Below, one piece after another: positions 28,170 through 42,779 of a DNA stretch of 64,000 nt; position 1 is the stretch's first letter, and every line of letters begins with the position of its first letter. The notes beneath the pieces were generated by a model that was given only the letters and a program-made list of their open reading frames with translations, was not told where the DNA came from and did no database searches. The DNA is from the human T2T-CHM13v2.0 reference genome, Homo sapiens. Position numbers and translations under genes: made by a program. The stretch is taken from NCBI RefSeq assembly GCF_009914755.1, contig NC_060929.1. One strand, given 5' to 3'.

Positions 28170-28565
28170 CAGCCAGCTGGTTTTGCTAAGTTAGGCTGCA
28201 GTATCAGACAACCCTACAGTCTCAGGAACTTACAGCAGCAAAGGTTTATTTCTCACCCCAGACTGCTGTAGCTCAACTCCCAACTGCCCCAAGTCTCCCC
28301 ACTTGGATCAAGACTAAAGGAGCAGTTCCTATCTGGAACGCACTGTTCTCATGGCAGAGGGAGGAGAGAGGGCAGAACCACAGCATGGCCCTTAAAGCTT
28401 CTGATCACAGCAGCAGCCCCACTTCCCACTCACATTTCATCGGACAAAACAAGTCACTGGGCTGACCCACCTTCAATGGGCAGGAAGTTCAATCTCCTAG
28501 GACAGACTACTAGGGTTGGGGCCAAGCCAGGAGGGGCAGGAATATTTGGACATAATATAATACAG
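28170..28565 (-). mobile_element. MLT1 (J/K-like) MaLR LTR
   Basis: ttaggctgcagta...acagcagcaaaggtttatttctcac...cacatttcatcggacaaaacaagtcac. Confidence 0.7.
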
Positions 28566-28849
28566 CAGGGATTAGGCTGTATTTCCAGAACCACATCATC
28601 TATTAACAGCAGTCTGATGTATATAATTATGCTTACATTAATTGTATAGTGAACAGTTTAGAGTCAAAACGTGAGGTCAGTCATTTCTAATTATTCTTTT
28701 TGTGGCTCTCAAAAATTTGGGTATTGGAGATGCCCTCAGGTATTAATATAAACCACAGGATGGACTGGATGAACCCTATCTGGCAGCGGCAGGCAGGATT
28801 CTGAAAGTAGGTAAATGATTTCAATGGTATCCCTGGGCAAGGGTGGGGG

Positions 28850-29045
28850 GGGAGCGTGTTTCTCAAGTTGTAGTCCACATTCTGTCTGTAGCAGAATGAC
28901 CTGAAAGTCAGATTTAATGTGCAGATTTCTAGGATCCACTCTAGTTATACCGAATCTGAGTTTCTAGGGGGTGGGGACTGGGAATCTGCATCTTTTTTAG
29001 CTTTCCAGGCAATTCTGATGTAGATTAACTATTGAGAAGTGCCAT
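28850..29045. mobile_element. MER5-like DNA transposon
   Basis: tttctcaag...aatgtgcagatttctagg...ggaatctgcatctttt...ttgagaagt. Confidence 0.7.
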
Positions 29046-30235
29046 CTCAGAAAATCCACCCTTACCAGGGTACACTCCTGTCACAAGGTGTGATGCCAGA
29101 TGCTTATGCCATCTGTCACTGTCTGCAGCTCTGGCTCCCAGGACTGGCCTTAAGCAGGGACCAGAGTGCACTCATATCCGGGTGCTGCGGGTCCAGCCGG
29201 GATTTGGAATTTCCTGGGAAGTCAGGGAGAAGGCATTGCTTTCTTTTTATGGAATGGTTTATAATGAGGGCCTCTATCCCTCCTTCAAATACATTTCAGT
29301 TTATATAGTTCACTATTTTTCTTGTAAATCAACATCTGTGAATCATTTTGTTATTTGTCTATTTTTAGAAATAAAATGTGACTACATTGAACAATGTACT
29401 CATAAAAAGTCCTCTTAGAATAGTAACAATTGTTTTAAAACTTATATTTTAACTGCTTTGCCTCAACAATGTACATTTGGAAACAAATCTAGGATGAAAA
29501 TTTAACTGTAAGTTTCCAAACCTGATTTCTGTGAGATTTGCATTTCATTAAATATTTCAATTATTGATTCCTAAAATGAAAAATGAAATTAAAAAGTCTG
29601 TGTTCTGACTGGGCTCTGCCTCTGATTTTCCAGGGCTGCTTTTAAAGAAAAAGAGAGCGGTGTTCCAATGGGAGGATTTCATTTTAGAGTTCTGTTGCAG
29701 TGACCTCTGCTGCTGCTGCCTGGGTCATTAAATTCAATACACTTATGCTTCCAGCTAAAAGTTTCCTGGGCTGGTTGTGCCTTAACAGGGCCTGGTCTAG
29801 CACCCTGGTGATATAAGCTGCCCAGAAGCTGCCAGCTCATTTCAGGACAGTTCCAGCCTCTTTCGGCGCATGCCCTGAGGAGGACCATGTAACGAGAGGA
29901 AGGAATGCTTTCCATGGGGTGATACTGACCTTGCCTTCGTAGCCATTTAAACACCCTCAGCTTGCACATTTTTGTTAGGCTGGTGTATTCTGCTTCTGCA
30001 TGGGTACTAATGCCATCACTGTATTCTAGGGGCTGGAACAATTAGTACAGACTCTTTCAAGGTCTATTCTGTTGTCTAATCCACACCTCATATATGAATT
30101 ACCTTCTAAATTGGGTTGTGTTCATGATATTAAGCTCTTAAATGTTATTTTCAAGTTCTTTCTGCCTTTTCGAAGTCATGACTACAGCGGAAGTGAGGAG
30201 GAGACAATTCACTACAAAGTTCAGTTGCAAGCAAG

Positions 30236-30347
30236 GCAGGGAGAGAGGAAGAGAAAGAAGGAAGGAAAGAAAAGGACGAAGGAAGGAAAGAAAAGGACAA
30301 AGGAAGGAAGGGAGGGAGGGAGGGAGGGAGGGAGGGAGAGAGAGAAA
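30236..30347. repeat. Polypurine (GGAA)/(GGGA) low-complexity repeat
   Basis: A 21-bp unit aaggaaggaaagaaaaggac(g/a) occurs twice, followed by (ggga)n. Confidence 0.95.
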
Positions 30348-33049
30348 TAAAACTCTTTTGCTTTGTCTGCTTTGCCTCTGCTTTGTTTCGTTTTGCTGAG
30401 CTGACCCGGCCTCGTCGTGCCTCTCAGCTGAATCCAAACATTCACATTGCTGTCCCTCCAGTACTGGGCTTTCTTTCCTGTGGCTCCTAAATTCTGCAAG
30501 TTTAGCGCAGCCAGATACATGTCACAAGATGCAAACCATCATGCTCAGGGAACTTCTGGATCTTCAGGAGGCTGGCATAGAAAGGACAGAGGGCAGCGTG
30601 AAGTCTAAACTCAGCCATTATTGTCATGAAATTGTCTTGAGGCTCCCTCACTGAAAGGATGTGTTCCCTTTCATACTGACTGCAAGCAACAGCTCGTTAA
30701 CGTGGCATCACGGCTAACCATGCGAGTAGCAGAGACCCCGTGCCAACACGGCGTGCTGGTTTATATACCGCTAATGCAGACTTCATTTAGTTTCTTGGGA
30801 TTAGAATGTTTCAATATTGCCTTATAAAAATATTCCATTCTGGTTCTTGGTCAGAGCGTTAGTTCAGAAAAGCTGCAAGGCTTTAGCTGCCAGTTTCTCT
30901 TGCATTCCTGTTATTGTCTGTAATTTCTAAAGACTAGTAAGCAGACATGGCACTTTACAAATACACAAAGACAAGGGCCTGGCCTTCGGTCAGAAAAACA
31001 CAACCGAAATGAAAATAATCCAAGCAGAAGCAGTAACAGAGTTTTTGGGGAGGGCATCAGCTATGGAAAGCGAAGTTTAAAGTATTTCCGTTTTTGTTTT
31101 GAAATGGGAGTGATTGGAAGAGAGAGGAGGTGACCGCGTCCTGAGGTTTGCTCTGCGTTTAATCTTACCAGGCTTGTGGGCTCAGAAGGTCACTCAATTC
31201 AAAAGCAAAGTTGTTCAGACTGACCCCTTCTCCCCCACCAAAGAAAGTGCTTTCTATGGCAGACAGCTCCTTCTTTCCAACGGCTCTGTGGCTGACCTCA
31301 GCTCCCCAGACAAGTGTAGGCTTAAATAAGATAATTGCTTTCTAAGGCATTATGCCTCCTTGTAGGAAAACTTCTTGGACAGAGAGCACAACACCTCTAT
31401 TGGAAGGAGACCACACCTGAAGTCACATCCCTAATTGGTTGCTTCATTTGCCTTCATCAGAAAGCTCTACTGACGGCATCAAGCAAATGTCAGGCATTTT
31501 ACTTCTTAGAAACAAGCCAGCTACCCGGCACTGTGGCATAGTCAGTTAATCCAAGACACATTTTTATAAAAACCTCAAGTTATAACCCACATATGGTGGC
31601 AGATCATTATCCTAAGACTCTAAATTGAATCAGTTATACAGTTGGAGGCGGATCTATCATAATCTGGAAAACTTTTCTTTTTACTAGTCTATTTTAACAA
31701 GTGTAGGGAGGAAATAAAACTCAAAAAGCATAAACTGTTTTACATTTTGAATTGAACTTTGACAAAAATGGAAAAACTCCAAAATAAAGGCATACTGGCA
31801 AAGGAGGAAGGAAAGATGCAGACAGAAATAAAGGAGGAAAATGTGGAAATAAAAAGGTTCTGATACTGCTTTTACATTTCCTGGTTTAAGTGAAAAAGGC
31901 AGGATATACAATTGCACAGAGATATGATCCCTAATGAGAGACAGCGAGAGAGACAGGGATAGAAAGACAGACAGAGGTAAAGGACTAAAATGAAATGGAT
32001 CCAAATAGGTCATTTCTGGGAATTGGGCTTGCACATCACAGTTATTTTCTTTTGGGGCTTTTTTGTATTCTCCAAATTCCCTACAATGAGGATGTTTTTC
32101 TTTGACAATAAAAATCAATAAAATATTTTAAAAATGATTTCTCATTCAAAATGCAACTATCTTTACCTCTGAGTCTGAGCACATAAGCTGATAGAGTTCA
32201 GGGTGGTTAAAGGTAGAGTTTCTATGTGTATTACTGAACTTCCAGGCCCAAGGGAACAGGAAGTACACACATACAGTCTCACACATTTTGCATAAGCTCA
32301 TAGATAGGTATAAAGACTTTAGTCTAAACATGTTTTAACAGTTCCAGTGCCCCAGGCTATAGTAACAGATGATAAAATAAAGTGTTCTGACCTATTGCAA
32401 ATTGTTACCATCACCATCGGTAGACACCATCTGCAAGATCCATTCCAGTTGTGGATGATGCATTGCTTTACACCTTGTGTGTTACACCACGTGAGTTAAC
32501 ACAGTGGAGGCTAGTGTGCTATGGAGGAGGCCAGGCTGACCCTGGCTGTGAGCTTTAACTGTATTGGTTGTTCCAGGAGCCACAATCTCTAGATGATGGG
32601 CCATTCCAGGTCCTGGAGCAGCTGGAGCTGGGAGAGCATGCAGAACTTTGCTCTCAGATCTCGTTCTATCTAGATAATGAAGCTGGCTGCAAAGTGCCTT
32701 CCCTGCACCTGAAGGTCTGCAGACCTTCCTGTTTTATTTGCATTTGTCTTTTAGATCACTGTGTGGATAAAAGGTACCCCCAAAGGAAGACTCCAGATAG
32801 TTATCCTGGCCACTGCCCAGAACTATTCACTCCATCTGTTCCTCTGTTGAAACTCTTGAATTAGAGGTTTATTTAGGTTAACATGATTGTTTCCACAGAA
32901 ATACAAATGCCTCAATAGGGTTATGAGACATTGGTCTAACTTCCCTTCTGACACCCAGGCAGCCAGGTTGAAATATGGAAATTTTGATGATACAGAAAGG
33001 GAGATAGGTGGTAGGTGGGGACCAAAGGGCACAGCTTGAAGATTAAGGC

Positions 33050-34110
33050 AGCCGGGGAGCACTTTGACCCTAGGGGGCTGAAGAAAGCTGCACACAGAGA
33101 TGTTTGAAGAGAGAGCAGTCCTCTTTGCCCCTCAGGTCTCGGATCCTCCCTCTCCCCCTCACTCTTAAAGGACACTTTGCCTTCCTTCACACAGAGAAAA
33201 CCCATAAGAACTTCCTCAGTTTCCTGTTCCCAACTCCACCAACTCTCCAAAACAACCTGCAAGCACCCATCTTTCCACCGTCCTTCCATCTGGGCTGAGT
33301 CCTCCTCCCATACTGGATCCCACCTGCTACTGCTCTCTCGGTGACCTTACTTTAGTTCTTTCCTGTTTGCCTCCAATATCTTCAGTTGCTTTATCTTTAC
33401 TGCCTCCCTCCGTCTGTTCTGCCATCTAAGCAAACAAGCAAAAATGTCCTCTCCCTAAACTCCCGCTCCACTCTGGCATTGCCCCCTCTCTCAGCAAGGG
33501 TTTTGGAAGAGTCGTTTGCCTTGTGTGCTCTCCAGGTCCTCACCTTCCACTCTAGCTCCAACCCCCTTCATCTGCCTTCTGCCTGTTTTCCTGCTATGAA
33601 ACTGCTCTTGCTCAAATCACCAGTGACGTTATGACGAAATGCAATGAAAACTTCCATTCTTGGCTTACGTGACCTCCCCAAAGCCCTGATCCTGGTGACT
33701 TCTGCCTACTTCTTGACTTTCTATTTTCTTGGCTTCTTGGGTCCCATCCCCATCCACTCCCACTGTCTTCATACTGATGACTCCCATGTCTGTACTCTCC
33801 ACCCAGACTTCCCTCCTGAGCTGCACATCCCTGTACCCAACTGTCTACAGGACAATCTACACCTCACAGACACATCAATCAACACCTCCAAAATGGAACC
33901 CATCACAGTGTTTCCCTACCCCACCAGCCCAATGCCTCATGTCCTGGGTACTTTGTGCAGGCTGCTTTCCAGCCTGAAAAGCATTCCTTTTCCCCTTGCC
34001 CCTCTGACCCCTTCATTGGGCTATTATCTCTTAAGCCTTAGGTTAGATGTTGCTTCTTCTAGGGAGCCTTTCTTGATTCACCAAATATAAGTCAGATGCT
34101 TCTGTAATCT
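33050..34110 (+). mobile_element. L2 fragment
   Basis: Pyrimidine-rich L2 sense text (tgaaactgctcttgctcaaatcaccagtgac; tactgatgactcccatgtctgtactctccacccagac). Confidence 0.8.
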
Positions 34111-34129
34111 CATAAGCTTTTGCTTGTAA

Positions 34130-34435
<306 letters not shown>

Positions 34436-34611
34436 ATAATTCTTTCTCTTTTAATTTTTTTTTGTTTCTTGTAATTCTTTATTAAATTGTCTCTTTCCCA
34501 CTTAAATTATTTGCTCCTTAAGGGGAAGGATCTTTCAGTCTTTCTCATTACATCCTGTGGCCCAGCATAATATGTGGCACATAGGATACTCAATAAAAAT
34601 GTGCTTATTTG

Positions 34612-34838
34612 GCCCTGGGCAACATAGTGAGACCTCATCCCTACAAAAAATTAAAAAATTAGCCAAGCATGGTCAGCATGCACCTGTAGTCCCAGCTACT
34701 TGGGAGGCTGAGGCAGGATTGCTTGAACCCACGAGTTTGAGGCTGCCGTGAGCTATGACCTCATCACTGCTCTCCAGCCTGGGCAAGAGAGTGAGACTCT
34801 GTCTCTAAAATAAATTTAAAAAATTGAAGAAATATTTT
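34612..34838 (+). mobile_element. 5'-truncated AluJ inside an L2 terminus
   Basis: cctgggcaacatagtgagacctc...ccagcctgggcaagagagtgagactc. Diverged TSD aaaatgtgcttattt/aaaatgtatttattt. Confidence 0.9.
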
Positions 34839-35169
34839 AAAATGTATTTATTTGAAAAATAAATAAATAAAACAACCTATTTTCAACACTCAGACATCCA
34901 GGAAAGGATGGGGGAAGACTGGGAAAGAGGTTTCGTTCCCCTTCCTAGTCTTCCTTCCCACTGCAGATTCCTGTTCATGAGACACTGGCTTCATTCACTC
35001 AGGTGAACACCCTTTGCTCCACTATCCAACTTAATCACAGGCTGTGGAGCCTGTGTGTGTCCATCCTGGCACTTTTCTACCACGTTCAATGACTTTTTAA
35101 ATGAGAAAACGTATTCTTAGTTCTTAACGCCAACTTGAAAATGGGCTTTTGTAATTATTTTTAAGTTGA

Positions 35170-35566
<397 letters not shown>

Positions 35567-36619
35567 ACCACAGGATCATTCTTAAAAGCAATTTGCTTTA
35601 CGTCTTAGTTGCTATTTTCCTTTTTGGAGTTTAGTTTTGCTAAAGAAAATGTTCAACTCCAATATGGCCATTTCAAAAATGCATTTTTAAAGTTCCAAGT
35701 GTTCAATAGCTTTTCCTTTTGCTTTGGCTGGTTATGAAGATTTTATAGGTCCAAATACACATTTGATGCTTTAATTAACACTTGTGGCTAAATTATGGAA
35801 GAAAGAAAGTATTTCAACACATTTATAGGAGTGAGTCATATGATTTTCCCAACTGAAGCCACAACACCCTGCCCTGTATGACATCTGTTTGTCTCTTTCA
35901 AAAGGTTTAGAACAGAATTTTAACAGCAAATTTGAAAACAACATGGCTACATTTACCACCATGTTGGCAAAGAGACACTACATCAAAAGATGATAGCTGT
36001 TTTTGAGATCCTGTCAAGCTGTACATACTTTTTAAACCAATGATGTGGGAAGGGGAATATTCCGGCATCTCTTTTGCCAAAGAAAGGTATTCATTGTGAA
36101 AATAAGAGCAGTATAAAGAAAATAGGGTGAGTGGTCTGTGACTAGACAAATTATTGAATCTGTAACCATGGGCAAGATTCGCTCTTGACATCAAATGGAC
36201 ATTCTTCCCACAACAGAACTTTCAAGAACATGCCTCATCCCACTGCTCAGATAACCATGGACTGCTAGCCCCAAGATTGAGGATGCTGTATGAGCATGTT
36301 TGGACTCTCTCTCATTTTTCATGCTCATTTTGCTAGGGCTTCCTCTTGACCTGAACTTGCTTTTCATCTTCACGTTGTTCTCTGACAACTATATGGAAGC
36401 TGGGTCAGAGATGGGTACCCTGCCCTATTGCTCCATGTTCATGGGACTTCCCTCCTCCATCTGTGGATTCAGATCTGAGATTTCTCTTTAATCCATGCCA
36501 CCCATCAATTGTGAAAAAGGACACCCTGTCCTGGTTATTCTATTGAGGAGCTTTTCCCCATCTTCTGTAGCCCCCCTGCACCATGACCAAGATATATTAA
36601 GTGTCCTATCAATATTTAA

Positions 36620-36790
36620 GATAGTGCTCAATGTTGTTCAGGGACTAGCAGTATTAGTCTCAGTTGAGAGCTTGTTAGAAATGAAAATTTTCAGGCCTCA
36701 TGCTAAACCCACTGAATCAGGATTTCTGAGAGTTAAGGTCCAGAAGTCTGTGTTTTAACAAGTTCTCCAGGTGATTCCTATCTAGCATGA
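36620..36790. mobile_element. MER5A-like DNA transposon
   Basis: gagagcttgttagaaatgaaaattttcaggcc...actgaatcag...ctgtgttttaacaagttctccaggtgattc. Confidence 0.85.
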
Positions 36791-39359
36791 GACTTGCTGT
36801 CTCAACTTACCACTGTAGGAATGAAGTGGCAGTGATGGGAGAGTATCATGCTCCTTCCAGTTCTATGAAACCAAACACCCTGGCAGCAGGTTACAAGGTT
36901 CTCCTGGCCAATAGGCAGCAATTCTGCCTGTGGTCCTAAACAGAACATTTTCTGAAATCAGCAGCAAGGATTAAGAGCTGCTTACCAGCTGAGAGGTCAC
37001 TCTCGAAAGTCCAAAGTTTGCATTCTCTTCTCCCACTGTACCCACTCCCCCATAAACACTTTGAGGCAGCCAGTCTGATCTCCTCGTTGCTTGCCAATGC
37101 TACACCCTCGTCTTTGCCCTGCTCCTTTACGAATTCCTGGATGTGCAGGAATCTAGAACAGAACCACACCCCTTCCAAGGGTTGGCTCTATTTGTTGACA
37201 ATGAACAAACAGCTATTGAGTGCTTGCTATGTGGAAGGTATCTTGAACTGTCCCCTCCCCATGAAATCTGCTTGCTCACTGCTTCCCGTTTTCATGTGGC
37301 ATTCCTGTCTCGGTGATTGCCTGACCCACAGCATGTGCCTGGTCCCAGAACCTTCATGATAGCTGAGGCCCCTTTGCAGTCTCTGCTCTAGTGATTTTCA
37401 AATATTTTAGTAATATAACCATATTAGAATAGTTATACAGATAATTAGACAAAGCAGTATTTTATTAGTGCTAATACATTTTGAAGTTAAAATGAAGGTA
37501 AATTGTAGGCTAGTCACTGAGGTAATAAGGCTATTTTGTTGACCCCCAAAAAGTGAAGTTAGATGGATAAGAGGAGTCAGGTCTGCTTATTTCTGGAATG
37601 CTTCGTTGTGCAATACGGAGAAAATCCTTATTCAGATAACTAGTTGCACATGGTAACTGTTTTTTTCTTTCTATTTTTCAAAGATAGCTTTCCTTGCAAC
37701 CTCAGATACTCTTCTATTAAACAGATGGCAGGACAACTTCATTCCAAGGTTTACCCACAAGTAGGTGTTTACACGGCATTATAATGAACACATTGGCAGT
37801 CTTCAGTGGGTTAAAATTTGGCCCATGTCATTTTTGATTATCTCCTATTTTTTTAACATTGTTGAAAAATTTTAAATCAAATTTAATCAAATAATGTCTG
37901 TGGAAACTCTAAAAAACCTTTGCAGCCCTTCGGGGATCCACAAAGCCCAGCATCACTTTACCGAGAGACCAAAACAGAGAGGCGAAGTCACTTACTCAGG
38001 TCCCATGGCTCTTTGGGGTCAGAGCCGGCTGCATCTCATGTCTCCTGCCTCCTTATGTTTATGTTTCACAGGGACATTCGAGCCCCCCATGTCGATTCCA
38101 AGTGCCTTTTGCTCAGGGCTGGATCTTCCAGAGCAGGAGCTCTGTTTATCCTGCTTAAATGAATTATGGAATGGAATTTCCCCAGAGCCATCTCCCGTCC
38201 TCAGTGGGAGGGTGCCAGGCCGGGAGAGCAGGGCAAGAATGAAGATCCTGCTAAGCGACTCTGCCTCTTCCTGGTGTCTCACCACCGCCTGGCACACCCC
38301 ATCCTCTGAAAATAATACTGCCTTCCTTTCAGCAGCCAGGGCTTGGCGGGCTTACAGAGCTCTCCTCGGATTCTCTTTCATCAGGCCTATTCCCAGAAAG
38401 CACTTGCTCATTTAGATGAACAGCTTCTGGCATGTGCTCACATTTAGCTAACAAAGATATCATTCTAGCAATGTGGAGGGCAGGGAGATGGGGGCAGAGA
38501 GATGGCGGGGGCTTGGCAGAAAAGCAAATCTATCGTGGCATCTGCAGATGGCCTCAGCTATCGTGGGCTGCAGCTCACAGACCCTTTCCCCTAGTAGCAT
38601 GCTGTTTCGAGACCAGCCCCCTAGGGAGAAAACTTTAACAGGATGAGGGCAGAGGAGCCTTGGAGAAAATGGAACAGCTGTAGCTGGGTTACTGCTTAAC
38701 GAAGGAAGGTTGGGAAACGTTTTCTCTACTTCAGCAGTTTGGCTTCTCTTTCTACCTCAGAGAACTGGCGGCAGCTCTTCCCTGAAGAAGTTGCTGCGGC
38801 CTGGTGATGGGGAATCTCCCTGTGTTTGCTCAGAGCTGAAATTCCACCCACTTCCAACCAACTTTGGAGACCGAACAGGTTTCAGGCGCATCTGTCATCA
38901 GGAAAGAGAAATTCAGGCCCCAGATGGCTCACCCAGTGAGGTCCCTCAGGTCTCCTAGCAACTTGCTGAGCTTGGATCTTTCCAACTATTTTTGCAAGGT
39001 GAAATTTACTTTTAAAATATAAGGGGCCTGTCATTAAAACTGAAAGGACTGGAATACAGAGGTTTAGCTGACACTGATCCCTCTAACTGACCTACTTTAT
39101 GAGGAAAACCAGCCTGGGACTGATTGTGATTTATTCTTTACTTCCTGTTAGAATTAAATGGATTGCTTTAATATTTTTGCCTTTTACAAAGAGATGTATT
39201 AAATCTCAGAAGCCTGCCTGCCATTATGCTCAGGCCTAATCTTTCTCATATAATCACCCCGTAGAAGATACCACTGGTTGCTTCCCTATGGTCTGTTTCC
39301 TTCTTCCTTGTCAGAAGAAATGGTTGGCAATGTGCTCAGGAGAAAATATTCCCATCTCC

Positions 39360-39757
39360 AGATATTCTGACACATGACAGCAGCCATGCCACCCAGTTGT
39401 GGCCAATGATGTGTAAGCAAAGTCTAGGGGGTAGAGTTTCTTATGGAAATGGAAAAAATCAGATAATATGAACATTTTGCACATCCTCCTTTGATCTGTC
39501 TTCCTGACTGGAATATAAACATGATGGTTGGTGGCAGAGCAGCCACCTTGCAACCGCAAGGAGGAAATCTTCAAAGAATGGTGGATCCGCAGCTTAAAGG
39601 GGTGTGAGTCCTTGCTGACTACCTTGATCAGTTGTAACAACCCTTTGACTGCCGGCCTCAACATTTCTTCTCAGCTGAGCAAAATAAAATCCATTTGGTT
39701 AAGTCTTTTGTATTGGGGTTTCTCTTAAATGCAGCTAAATGTGATCCTAACCAATAC
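39360..39757 (+). mobile_element. MLT1 (J/K-like) MaLR LTR
   Basis: ccatgccacccagttgtggccaatgatgtgtaagc; gcagccaccttgcaacc; ttggttaagtc...gcagctaaatgtgatcctaaccaata. Confidence 0.7.
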
Positions 39758-39899
39758 CTTTCCAAAACACAAAGTTCACATCACTTTAAGCCAAAGAATG
39801 CTCCTGCCCCGGAGGTAAACAGACAAGAATCTCCTTTCTCATTTCACAGCATGAGGAAGTTGAGACAGTGGAAAGTGGAAAGCATAACATACTCACCTC

Positions 39900-40190
39900 T
39901 TGCTGAATTAATTATACCTCTCAGCCCTTGACTTATCAAACTCCTCAGCAGCATTTGGGCAAGTGGCTACTTTCTCCTCCTTGAAACTTCTTCCTTCCTT
40001 ACTTCTGTGTTACTACTTCTCCATGCTTCTCCCTCATCTTTTTGGCCCATTTTTGAGTCTCTCATGGGTCTCTCTTCTTCTGCCTGCCCCTTAAATGCAG
40101 ATGTCACCAGTGTTCTCCCATAGTCCTTTGGGTAGTGATCTTATGTCTACCCACAACATTTACTGTCACTTAGAACTAGACACCAAATGG
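39900..40190 (+). mobile_element. L2 fragment
   Basis: ctcctcagcagcatttgg...ctcctccttgaaact...ctgcctgccccttaaatgcagatg. Confidence 0.7.
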
Positions 40191-42746
40191 TATCTATCGA
40201 CATTGGGAAAAGATGTCTGAAGTGTACTGCTAAGAGAAAAACAGCTCATAAGATAAGATGTGCTGTTTGATCCCATTAATGCAAAATGGGAGAAAGAAAA
40301 AAATATGTATATAAAAAGAAATCTAAAAGGATCTACAAACAAGATGTTAACAGTGGATGGATAATGAAGTTAAGGGTTTAAAATCTTTCATTCAAATGTC
40401 AGATTAACCTTTTAATCCACAAGGATGGAGAGGAAGTAGAAATTGCTTCAGTGGGTTTTCATGCATTTCCAAATTATTTTCTCATTTTTATTCTTGGTAC
40501 TTTCTTGTCCTACAGACATTCATTTACTCAAGGAGTTCTTGTATGACTCTTATGTGCCAGGGGCTGTGTGAGACTCTGGAGACACAGCATTGTAAAAGCA
40601 AAGTCACTAACCCTAAGAATAAGGTGCTTTCATTTGAAATAACTGGGTATAGGTGGTTTCATTTTTAAATTGACAGAGAGAGGGTGTAATTTAAATGCTC
40701 ACATTTAAGAGATTTTCCAGGTAGAACAACAATAGGTGTCATGCAGCAGCTCCACTGTCATCTTTCCTGGCTGAGCACCAGACAGCACACCCAGACCTGG
40801 GCTGAAATTGCTCCTCCATGGCCCCTAAAGACTTTGCTGAACCAAGGGCTCTGCCTCCGGGATCTGCTAGACCTGTCATCTCTGGGCACTGCATGAGTAA
40901 CATCTCCAGGGTGTCTTCCAGCTTCTCTGATTAACTCTAAGCACTCCAAAGTGAAAAGTTTGGAAAAATATCAAAAACATCATACAAATACAAGAGACTC
41001 CTGTCATACAGCCTTGCTCCATTCAGGATCCTGACTACTCACCATTGTTCTCTTTCCCCTTGTTCAGCTCCAATTCTGAAAGACTGAGTGCTTGCAAAAA
41101 TACTTAGGTGATATGTGCCAGCTCTTGCCTACACACAAAATTTGAACAGTGAGCAGCTGTGGGTGAGCACCTCAGACTCCAAACCTATAAGCCCAATTGC
41201 AGCCGGGTCCTACCCTCCCATGACAGGGAAAGAGGCTGCTTCCTCTGTTCATGACCAACCCCTCCACTTGTTCTCTGGATTCTTGCTTCTTGCCTCTTTC
41301 CCAATCTCTCTTCCTTTCCCATATCTTCTACCTCTCTCTGTATATACTAGTTCTTTCTCTTTGGCATTTAAATACACTAAAAGCCTCTTCCAATTGGGGA
41401 AACAGACGCCATGGATTGATTGTGTTATAAATTTTGCATGAGGATGGAGCTCCATGCTGCATCCTGTGCATCTAACAAAGTGCTGGGCCTTCCGGGGGTT
41501 GTAGGCCCATTAGGAGATGGCATCTTCACTGAAACCTGATAGACATTCTGCAACATTTCTTTCAATTCTGAGCTCTCCCTTCAGTTACTGGGCCCCAGGC
41601 CCCTCCCTCGGTGGACAGGCATTGTTTCTCCAGAAAGACCTCGGATTCCTTGTGTGTAGAATGTTGTTGGTCTTCTGCCACTGAGCAGTTGCTGGCTGGG
41701 TAGAATGATGGTGGGGAAGGCCACAGCAAGGCACTGGGCCCAGCACACTGTTTAGCTACCTGGGTGTCTCCTGGAGCATGAATCTTCAAGACACACTGTC
41801 TCCATGCACCACCAGTCCTTCAATGGTGAGGTTCTGTGTACCTCGTTCCTTTATATGGGGGCTACCTAAATGTGTGCTTTATGTTGAAAGAACTAGAACA
41901 CATCCTCGGTGCGTCAGTGGAAAGTATTTGGAAAACTGACTGGAATTTTATAAAAGTTGTTTCCATTTTCCTAATATAAATGTCCATTAGCATTTTTCAA
42001 CCATCCTTCAGAATTAAAGGACTAATTCTTCCACTTGAGTCAGTGTAAGGGAAATTTGATTCATTTCCCTAAAACTTCCCTCACTTACCTAGAAAGGTAG
42101 TTGCAACAGTGTTGAAATTCATCAGCTGTTGAACAGTGTAAAACCCCACATCTGAGGAGTGCCTCACTCAGGTGACCTTGGAACGTCCAAGTGAACAGGT
42201 AGGTTGGAAGGTGGCCAAACCGCAGGGTTTTTAAGAATCTAGTATGATGTCAGTTTGCCAGGGGCTGTTGTCAATTCTCATCTGAAAGCCAGAAACTCTC
42301 CTAACTGTTGAGCCTCCCATCTGCCATCATCACGGGCTGTCCCACAAACAGCTTGCCTCGGCACGAGGCCGCCACCTTCCACTGAGACTTTTTGTGAATT
42401 TGGTTCCTGAGGTTGGCTGTAAGCTTTTTTTGAGGCACAGATGTTTTCTAAGGTGCTGGTGCTCATGCCCCAATTCCCTCATCGCCACAGGCCCACCCCC
42501 GTCTCTTCACCCACCCTATGCACCTCTTCTGGGCACCACTTCCCTTCCTCCCCCACCCCATGGTCTTGGCATATCCTGGCTAAGCTGAGCTGTTAATGTG
42601 TTGAATTGTGTTGAAAGTAAAAACAGAGGTCTGGGAAAACAATTAGCCCTGAAACACACCAGGAGAGGCCCAAGAGAAGACCCCTGCAGTCTGTTACAGA
42701 GAGAGGTGACAGCTCCAGGCAGCATGCTTGTTTATCCGTGTCTTGG

Positions 42747-42779
42747 GTGAGTGTGTGCGTGTGTGTGTGTCTGTGTGTG
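42747..42779. repeat. Imperfect (TG)n microsatellite
   Basis: Read directly. Confidence 0.85.

Noticed and set aside
32480-32700. Possible CR1/L3 remnants (also about 36190-36560 and 58600-58900)
   Set aside because: The similarity is too faint to call by eye and needs a Dfam HMM search.
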